7,925 bases of DNA from Octopus sinensis (lineage: Eukaryota): the NCBI RefSeq assembly GCF_006345805.1, contig NW_021828724.1:1-7925 (forward strand), given 5' to 3'. This document shows, piece after piece, positions 1-7,800 of the stretch. Both the position numbers and the translations under genes were made by a program. The notes beneath the pieces were generated by a model. It ran no database searches. It saw only the letters and a list, made by a program, of their open reading frames with translations, and was not told the origin of the DNA. Within the stretch, counting starts at the first letter, position 1. Each line of letters opens with the position of its first letter.

Positions 1-28
1 GTATGTATGTATGCATGTATGTATGTAT

Positions 29-147
29 GGATGAATTTATGTGTGTATATGTATATATTTACGTATGTATATGTTTCTATGCATGTATATATATATATAT
101 GTAAGCATGTATGTATGTATATATGTATGTATGTAAGCATGTAAGCA
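29..147 (+). repeat. AT-richer ~119-bp block, copy 1 (copy 2 at 2660-2774)
   Basis: GGATGAATTTATG...TATATTTACGTATGTATATGTTTCTATGCATG...GTAAGCATG...GTAAGCATGTAAGCA recurs 2627-2631 nt downstream with a few substitutions and a 4-nt length difference. Confidence 0.93.
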
Positions 148-599
148 CGTATGTATGTGTGTATGTGTGTATGTCTGTATGTGTGTATGTCTGTATGTGT
201 GTTCGTGTGTACGTGTGTGTGTGTGCGTGCGTGCGTGCATGCATGTGTGCATGTGTGTATGTATGCATGTATGCATGTATGTATGTGTGTATGTATGTGT
301 GTATGTGTGCGTGCGTGTGTGCATGTGTACATGTGTGCATGTATGCATGTGTCCATGTGTGCACGTGTGCATGTGTGTGTATGTGTGCGTGCGTTCGTGC
401 GTGCGTGTGTGCGTGAGTGCGTGTGTGTATGTATGTATGTGTATGTGTGTATGTGTCTGTGTGTCTGCGTGCGTGCATGCATGTGGGCATGTATGCATGT
501 GTGTCTCTGTGTGTGTGAGTATGTGCATGCGTGCGTCCGTGGGAGCGTGTGTGCGTGTGTATGTATGTATGTGTGTATGTGTGTAGGTGTGTATGTGTG

Positions 600-2420
600 T
601 TGTGTGTGTGTGCGTCCATGCGTATGTGTGTGCGTGCGTGCTTGCGTGTGTGCGTGAGTGCGTGTGTGCGTGCATGTGTGCATGTGTACATGTGTGTCTG
701 TGTGTATGTGTGCGTGCGAGCATGCGTGCGTGTTTGCATTTGTGCGTGAGTGCGTGTGTATGTATGTGTGTATGTGTGTGTGTGGGCGTGCGTGCGTGTG
801 TGAGTGTGTGCATGTGTGCATGTGTGCATGTTAGCATGTGTGTGTGTGTGTGCGTGCGTTCGTGTGTGCGTGTGTATGTATGTATGTGTGTATGCATGCA
901 TACGTGTGTGTATGTGTATATATGTATATATGTCTGTATGTGTGTATGTGTGTGTGTGCGTGCGTGCGTGCATGTGTGCATGTGTGAATGTGAGCATGTG
1001 TATCTCTGTGTGTGTGTGTGCCTGAGTCCGTGCATGCATGTGTGCGTGTGTATGTATGTGTGTATGTCTATATATGTGTGTGTGTGAGTGCGTGCGTAAT
1101 TGTGGGCCTGTCTGCGTGTGTGCGTGTGCGCATGCGTGCATGTGTGTCTGTGTGTATGTGCGTGCATGTGTATTCATGTGTGTGTGTGCATGCGTGCGTG
1201 TGTGCGTATGTGCGCATGTGCCTATGTGCGTATGTATGTATGTATTTCTGTATGTGTGTATGTGTGTGTGCGAGAGCGTGTGTGCGTGCGTGCGTGTGTG
1301 CATGTGTGCATATGTGCATGTGTGTCTGTGTGTGCGTGCGTGCGTGCGTGGTGCGTGTGTGCATATATGTATGTATGCATGTGTGCATATGTGCATGTGT
1401 GCATGATACTATGTGTGTGTGTGCGTACGTGCGTGCGTTCGTGTGTGCGTGTGTGTGTGTGTATGTATGTATGTATGTCGGTATGTGTGTATGTGTGTAT
1501 GTGTGTGTGTGTGCGTGCGTGTGAGCGTGCGTGCGTGCGTGCGTACGTGCGAGCGTGTGTGCGTTTGTATGTATGTATGTGTGTGTGTATGTATGTTGTG
1601 TGTTGTTTGTGTGTGCGTCCATGCGTGTGTGTGTGCGTGCGTGCTTGCGTGTGTGCGTGTGTACATGTGTGTCTGTGTGTGCGTGCGAGCGTGCGTGCGT
1701 GTTTGCATTTGTGCGTGAGTGCGTGTGTATGTATGTGTGTATGTGTGTATGTGTGTGTGTGTGCATGTGTGCATGTGTACATGTGTGCATGTATGCATGT
1801 TAGCATGTGTGCTTGTGTGTCTGTGTGTGTGTGCGTACGTTCGTGTGTGCGTGTGTATGTATGTATGTGTGTATGCATGCATGCGTGTGTGCGTTTTTGC
1901 GTGAGTGCGTGTGTATATATGTATATATGTGTGTATGTGTGTATGTGTGTGTGCGTGCGTGCGTGCATGTGTGAATGTGAGCATGTGTATCTGTGTGTGT
2001 GTGTGCCTGCGTGCGTGCATGCGTGTGTGCGTGTGTATGTATGTGTGTATGTCTGTATATGTGTGTGTGAGTGCGTGCGTGCTTGTGTGCCTGTCTGCGT
2101 ATCTGCGTGTGTGCATGTGTGTCTGTGTGTATGTGCGTGCATGTGTGCGTGTGTGCGTGTGTATGTATGTGTGTGTGTGTGCATGCGTGCGTGTGTGCGT
2201 ATGTGCGCATGTGCCTATGTGCGTATGTATGTATGCATTTCTGTATGTGTGTATGTGTGTATGTCTGTATGTGTGTCTGTGTGTGTGCGAGAGCGTGTGT
2301 GCGTGCGTGCATGTGTGCATGTGTGCATGTGTGTCTGTGTGCGTGCGAGCGTACGTGCGTGTGTGCGTGTATGCGTGTATGTATGTATGCATATGTGCAT
2401 GTGTGTCTGTGTGTGTGCGT
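600..2420 (+). repeat. ~1.0-kb tandem duplication inside the array (about 600-1400 vs 1600-2420)
   Basis: Eight colinear rare anchors: GTCCATG 614/1617, GTTTGCATTTG 732/1701, CATGTTAGCATG 827/1796, GAATGTGAGC 986/1973, GCCTGTCTGCG 1106/2089, CCTATG 1221/2214, ATTTCTG 1244/2237, GCGAGAGCG 1270/2287. Offsets range from 969 to 1017. Confidence 0.9.
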
Positions 2421-2659
2421 GCGTGTGTGCGTGCGTGCGTGTGTATGTATGTATGTGTGTATTTGTGTATGTACGTTTGTGCGTGTCTGCTTATGTGCGT
2501 GTGTGTATGTGTGCATGTATGCATGTATGTATGTATGCATGTATGTAAGCATCTATGTATGCATGTATGTATACATGTTGTATGAATGTATGTATGCATG
2601 TATGTTCACCAGTATTTATCTATGTATGCATGTATATATGTAGTTATGTTTGCATGTAT

Positions 2660-2774
2660 GGATGAATTTATGTTTATATATGTATATATTTACGTATGTA
2701 TATGTTTCTATGCATGTATATGTATATGTAAGCATGTATGTATGTATATATGTATGTATGTAAGCATGTAAGCA
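2660..2774 (+). repeat. AT-richer block, copy 2 (of 29-147)
   Basis: Direct alignment to 29-147; it lies within a (GTAT/GCAT)-rich island at about 2510-2780. Confidence 0.93.
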
Positions 2775-3789
2775 TGTGTGTATGTATGTGTGTATGCGTG
2801 TATGTATGTCTGTGTGTATGTGTGTATGTATGTAGGTATGAATGTGTGTATGTGTGTATGACTGTATGTGTGTATCTGTGTATGTGTGTATGTATGTATG
2901 TGTGTACATGCGTATGAGTGTATGTGTGTATGTGTGTATGTCTGTATGTGGGTAAGTGTGTATGTGTGTATGTGTGTATGTCTGTATATGTGTACGTGTG
3001 TATGTGTGGCTATCTGTGTGTGCGTGCGTGCGTGCACGTGTACATGTGTGCATGTATGCATGTGTGTATGTGTGTATGTGTGTGTTTGCCTGCGTGCGTG
3101 TGTGAATGTCTCCATGTGTGCATGTATGTGTGTATGTGTGTGTGTGTGCGTGTGTGAGTGAGTGCATGTGTGCGTGTGTATGTTTATGTATGTATGTGTG
3201 TATGTGTGTTGTGTCTGTGTGTGCGTGTGTGTGCGAACGTGCGTGTGTGCGTGTATGTGTGTGTGTATGTGTGTGTGTGTGTGTCTGTGCGTGTGTGCGT
3301 GCATTCGTGCATGTGTGCATGTGTGTCTGTGTGTATGTATATATGTATGAGTGTGTGTCTGTTGTGTGTGTATGTGTGTCTCTGTGTATGTGTGTATGTA
3401 TGTATGTATGTATGTATGTTAGTAGGTATTTATGTGTGTATGTGTGTATGTCTGTATGTGTGGGTGCGTGCATGCTTGTGTGCGTGTGAGCGTCTGTGAG
3501 TGTGTACATGTGTGCATGTATGCATGTGTCTACGTGTGCATGTGTGTGTGTATGTAGGCGTGCGTGCGTGTGTGCATGTATGTGTGTGTGTATCTATGTA
3601 TGTGTATGTGTCTATGTGTCTATGTGTGTCTACGTGCGTGCGTGCATGTGGGCATGTATGCATATGTGCATGTGTGAGTATGTGTGTGCGTGCGCCCGTG
3701 GGTGCTTGTGTACGTTTGTGCGTGTGTCCGTGCGTATGTATGTATGTATGTATGTGTGTATGTGTGTATGTGTGTATGTGTGTATGTGT

Positions 3790-4110
3790 GTGTGTGGGCG
3801 TGCGTGTGCGTGAGTGCGTGTGCGTGAGTGCGTGTGTATGTATGTATGTGTGAATGTGTGTATGTCTATATATGTGTTTGCGTGTGTGCATGTGTGCCTG
3901 TCTGCGTGTCTGCGCTTCTGAATGTGTGCGTGCGTGCATGTGTGCATGTGTGTCTGTGTGTATGTGCGTGCATGTGTGCGTGTGTGTGTATGTATATATG
4001 TATGTGTGTGCGTATGTGCATATGTGCGTATGTATGTATGTATTTCTGTATGTGTGTATGTGTGTATGTCTGTATGTGTGTCTGTGTGTGTACGAGAGCG
4101 TGTGTGCGTG
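3790..4110 (+). repeat. Third, partial copy of the ~1-kb unit
   Basis: TGTGGGCGTGCGTG 3793, TCTATATATG 3865, GCCTGTCTGCG 3896, ATTTCTG 4042 and CGAGAGCG 4093, in the same order as in copy 1. Confidence 0.8.
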
Positions 4111-4739
4111 CATGTATCCATGTGTGTCTCTGTGTGTGTGTGCGTTCGAGATTAAGTGCGTGTGTGCGTGTATATGTATGCGTATGTGCATGTGTGTCTG
4201 TGTGTGTGCGTGCGTGCGAGCGTGGGTGCGTGTGTGTATGTGTGTGTATGTGTGTGCATGAATGCATGTGTGCATTTGCGCATGTGTGCATGAGTGCAAG
4301 ATAGTATTGTGTGTGTGCGTGTCTGATTGTCTGCGTGTGTGCGTGTGCCTGTGAGTCTATATGCATGTGTGCAAGTGTATATGTGTGGATGTGTGCATGT
4401 GTGTCTGTGTGTATGTTTGCGTTCGTGCGTGTGTGCATGTGTATGTACGTATGTCTGCATGTGTGTATGTGTGTATGTGTCTCTGTGAGTGTGTGTGCTA
4501 GCGTGCGTGTCTGCATGATTGCGTATATATGTATGTATGTGTGTATGTCTCTATGTGTGTACGTGTGTATGTGTGTCTGTGTGTTTGCATGCGTGCATGT
4601 GTGCATGTATGTATGTGTGTATGTTTGTGTACATGCGTGCGTGTGTGCATGTGTGCATGTGTTTGTGTGCATGTGTGCGTGCGTGCTTGTGTTCGTGTGT
4701 GCATGTATGCATGTGTGAATTTGAGTGTGTATATCTCCG

Positions 4740-5260
4740 TGAGTTCGTGCGTGCGTGTGTGCGTGTGCGCGTGAGTGCCTGTGTGCGTCTGTATGTATGT
4801 ATGTGTGTATGTGTGTATGTGTGTATGTGTCTATGTGTGTCTGCGTGCGTGCATGTGGGCATGTACGCATATGTGCATGTGTGTCTGTGTGTGTGAGTAT
4901 GTGCCTTTTTGCGTCCGTGGGTGCGTGTGTGTTTGTGCGTGTGTGCGTGTGTATGTATGTATGTATGTGTGTATGTGTGTATATGTCTTGTGTGTGTGCG
5001 TGCATGCATCCGTGTGTGTGTGCGTGTGTGCGTGTGTGTGTGCTTGTGTGCATGAATGCATGTATGCATGTGTGCATGTATGTATGTATGTGTGCGTGCG
5101 TTCGTGCGTGTGTGCGTGTGCGCGTGAGTGCGTGTGTATGTATCTATGTATGTGTATGTGTCTATATGTCTATGTATGATTGCGTGCGTGCGTGCATGTG
5201 GGCATGTGTGTGTGTGAGTATGTACGTGCGTGCGTCCGTGTGTGCGTGTGTATGTATGTA
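4740..5260 (+). repeat. Local ~0.34-kb tandem duplication
   Basis: GTGCGCGTGAGTGC 4765/5118, TGGGC 4856/5199, GCGTCCGTG 4911/5232 (offsets 353, 343, 321). Confidence 0.72.
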
Positions 5261-6075
5261 TGTATGTATGTGTGTATGTGTGCATTTGTTTTGTGTTGTG
5301 TGTGTGCGTGCGTGCGTGTGTGTGCGTGCGTTTCTGCGTGTGTGCGTGTATGTGTGTGTGCATGTATGCATGCGTGCATGTGTGCCTGTGTGTCTGTGTG
5401 TATGTGCGTGCGTGCGTGCGTGCATGTATGCATGTTTGCATGCATGTGTGCACGAGTGCATGATATCATGTGTGTGTGTGCGTACGTGCGTGCGTTCGTG
5501 TGTGCGTGTGTATGTATGTCTGTATGTGTGTATGTGTGTATGTGTGTGTGTGTGCGTGCGTGCATGTGTGCATGTTTGCATGTGTGTATGTGCGTGTGTG
5601 GGTGCGTGCGTGTGCGTGCGTGTGTTCGTGTGTATGTATGTATGTATGTATGTTTGTGTGTATCTGTTTATGGTTGTGTGCATGTGTGTCTGTGTGTATA
5701 TATGTATGTGTGTATGTGTGTATGTAATATATGTGTGTATACCTGTATGTGTGTATGTGTGTATCTGTGTATGTGTGTATGTGTGTGCCTGTGTGTATGT
5801 GTGCATGTGAGTATGTGTGTATGTGTGTATGTGTGTGTGCGTGCGTACGTGCATGTGTGCATACACGTGTGTCTGTGTGTTGTGTGTGTGTGCATGCGTG
5901 CCTGTGTGCGTGTGTGCGTATGTATGTATGTGTGTGTGTATGCGTGTGTGCGTACGCGTGTGCGTGTGTGCATGTGTGCGTGTGTGCGTGTATGCGTGTA
6001 TGTGTTTATGTATATCTGCATGTATGTATGTGTGCATGTATATATGACTTGTTTAAATGTGATGGGGTAACGGTC

Positions 6076-6474
6076 ATGAATGGATTGTTGTTCCGTGTGT
6101 GTGAGCGCATGTGTGATTATAGTGGTATTGATCGTCATCGCAGTGGTAGTGATGCTTTTACTAATGATGGTGATGATGATGATGATGATGATGATGATCA
6201 TGATCATGATGAAGATGATCATGATGATGGTGATGATGATGATGATGATGATGATGGAACCGATGGTGGTATTAGTGGTGCTAGCGATGGTGATGATGAT
6301 GATGATGACGACCACGATGATGGCGATGATGACGACGATGATGATGGTGATGACGACGACGATGATGATGATGATGATGATAAGGATGAGGAAGAGAATG
6401 ATGATGAAGAAGATGATAACAATTGTGACGATATCGCTATAGGACGTGTTCCAGCTTCCGACCTCGTTCTCTGA
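6076..6474 (+). CDS. Possible 132-aa Asp-rich ORF (MNGLLFRVCERMCDYSGIDRHRSGSDAFTNDGDDD...GRVPASDLVL*); most likely a by-product of the (GAT)n repeat
   Basis: In-frame ATG at 6076 (G at -3) and TGA at 6472-6474, with non-repetitive flanks on both sides of the acidic tract. No domain, signal peptide or strong splice site is visible. Confidence 0.12.
   Translation: MNGLLFRVCERMCDYSGIDRHRSGSDAFTNDGDDDDDDDDDHDHDEDDHDDGDDDDDDDDGTDGGISGASDGDDDDDDDHDDGDDDDDDDGDDDDDDDDDDDKDEEENDDEEDDNNCDDIAIGRVPASDLVL
6112..6426. repeat. Degenerate (GAT/ATC)n trinucleotide repeat
   Basis: Perfect runs (GAT)9 6172-6198, (GAT)8 6232-6255 and (GAT)7 6361-6381, interrupted by GGT/CAT/GAC/GAA triplets that all keep the same phase. 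Confidence 0.93.
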
Positions 6475-6483
6475 CGCAATCTC

Positions 6484-7046
6484 GCACACACACACACACC
6501 ACACACACACACATGCACATACGTACGAGTACGACATACACACATACGCACACATACACTCACACACGCTTATACAGCATACACACACACAAACACGCAC
6601 ACACACACAAATACAACATACACATATGCACACTCTCACACACACACAAACAGGCATTCACATACACTCACACACACACACACAAATACAACACACACAC
6701 ATACACACACAAACAGGCATTCGCACACATACACACACACTCACACAAATACGACATACACACACACACACAAACAGGCATTCACACACCCTCACATCAA
6801 CACACACACAAATACAACATACACACACACACAAACACTCACACTCACCCATACATACACACATCCGCACACACACATACACACACTCACACACATCCAT
6901 ACACACACACTCACACAAATACAACATACACTCTCACACACACACACACACACAAACTCTCACACACATCCATACATACACACATCCGCACACACAAACA
7001 TCCACACACACACACTCACTCACACACACATCCACACACACACACA
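6484..7046. repeat. CA-rich degenerate microsatellite tract containing a ~62-bp minisatellite
   Basis: AAACAGGCATTC at 6648, 6711 and 6772; AAATAC(A/G)AC at 6609, 6684, 6747, 6810 and 6917; CATCC-containing subunits from about 6860 to 7035. Confidence 0.95.
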
Positions 7047-7080
7047 ACCAAATCCTTTGTTCTCCCCCTTCATTCCGCTC

Positions 7081-7095
7081 CTTCTTCTTCTTCTT
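7081..7095. repeat. (CTT)5 microsatellite
   Basis: CTTCTTCTTCTTCTT. Confidence 0.8.
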
Positions 7096-7198
7096 CCCGC
7101 TTTATCTCTTCACACATTTCCGCCATTGAATATGTCCACCAGACATTTAGTATTCCTTTATAGTTTGCCCTATAACCTATCTCTCTCACTAGTCTTCC

Positions 7199-7229
7199 GT
7201 CTGTCTGTCTGTCTGTCTGCCTCTCTCTT

Positions 7230-7289
<60 letters not shown>
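7199..7289. repeat. Compound (GTCT)5 + (CT)27 microsatellite
   Basis: GTCT repeats at 7199-7219, a short imperfect linker, then perfect CT repeats at 7235-7288. Confidence 0.96.
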
Positions 7290-7292
<3 letters not shown>

Positions 7293-7322
7293 TAAGTTCC
7301 TCTCCCTGACGCTTTTTTTGTC

Positions 7323-7440
7323 TATATACACACATATGTATATATATCAATGTATGTATATCCATGCATGCACCCATACATACCCATATACATATATACA
7401 TACATACGTACATACATACATGCGTATATATATATACATA
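7323..7440. repeat. Degenerate (TA)/(CATA)n microsatellite directly 5' of the SINE
   Basis: TATATACACACATATG...CATACATACGTACATACATACATGCGTATATATATATACATA. Confidence 0.85.
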
Positions 7441-7767
7441 GGCGCAAGAGTGGCTGTGTGGTAAGTAGCTTTGCTTACCAACCACATGGTTCTGTGTTCA
7501 GTCCCACTGCGTGGTACCTTGGGTAAGTGTCTTCTACTATGGCCTCGGGCCAGCCAAAGACTTGGGAGTGGATTTGGTTGAAGGAAAATGAAAGAAGCCC
7601 ATCGTATACATATGTGTGTTTGTGTGTGTTGTGTGTGTGTGTGTATGTGTGTGTGTGTGTACTTGTGTGTATATATATATTTGTGAGTTGTGTGTGTGTG
7701 TGTGTGTTTGTGCACTTGTTTGTATATATATATTTGTGTGCCTGTGTTTGTCACCCACCAACTCAAC
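7441..7767 (+). mobile_element. tRNA-derived SINE (octopus-type) with internal (TG/TA)n tract; appears 3'-truncated
   Basis: tRNA-like head: GCGCA 7442-7446 can pair with TGCGT 7508-7512; A-box-like TGGCTGTGTGG 7451-7461; B-box-like GTTCAGTCC 7496-7504. The body (CTTGGGTAAGTGTCTTCTACTAT...GAGTGGATTTGGT...GAAAGAAGCCC), the microsatellite at 7605-7740 and TGTGCCTGTGTTTGTCACCC resemble, from memory, an abundant octopus SINE. The family name is not verified. Confidence 0.8.
7451..7504 (+). promoter_or_regulatory. Internal RNA polymerase III type-2 promoter (A-box and B-box-like) of the SINE
   Basis: TGGCTGTGTGG vs consensus TRGCNNARYGG, and GTTCAGTCC vs GTTCRANNC, at tRNA-like spacing; both deviate from consensus. 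Confidence 0.6.
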
Positions 7768-7800
7768 AAGACATAATAAAATTGTTATAATGTCTTGTTG
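7764..7800. other. Inverted repeat/hairpin
   Basis: CAACAAGACAT 7764-7774 is the exact reverse complement of ATGTCTTGTTG 7790-7800. After one A.A mismatch there are 4 more pairs (7776-7779 with 7785-7788) and a 5-nt loop. Confidence 0.85.

Larger units (their letters stand above)
1..6045. repeat. Large degenerate compound microsatellite/satellite array (GT, GTAT, GCGT, GCAT, GTGTAT units), GT-rich on +; runs off the window's left edge
   Basis: Almost entirely built from GT, GC and AT dinucleotides in recurring blocks: (GTAT)n, (GTGTAT)n, GTCT, (GT)n, (GCGT)n, (GCATGT/GCATGTGT)n. It ends at about 6045, where non-repetitive GACTTGTTTAAATG begins. Confidence 0.97.

Noticed and set aside
37-6070. 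Dozens of long His/Thr-rich (-) and Val/Cys-rich (+) ORFs of up to 482 aa
   Set aside because: TAA, TAG and TGA all need two adjacent purines, so alternating purine-pyrimidine DNA is nearly stop-free in all six frames. The ORFs overlap in every frame and contain no domains.
6219-6563. Poly-Ser (-) and poly-Met (+, 6080-6442) ORFs
   Set aside because: Alternative frames of the same trinucleotide repeat.
5668-6657. Minus-strand ORF with an apparent transmembrane poly-Ile/Val stretch (SWNTSYSDIVTIVIIFF...)
   Set aside because: It is just the (ATC)n reading of the GAT repeat between dinucleotide tracts, with no convincing splice donor or start context.
6609-6925. CRISPR-like array (short motifs at regular spacing)
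   Set aside because: The conserved motifs are only 9-12 nt, the spacers are (CA)n rather than unique, there are no cas genes, and the context is eukaryotic.
7057-7485. ORFs with LSLSLS / RERERE tracts
   Set aside because: Translation of the (CT)n/(AG)n microsatellite.
7441-7515. Possible functional tRNA gene
   Set aside because: The cloverleaf is incomplete, the boxes deviate from consensus, and the sequence continues into a SINE-like body.
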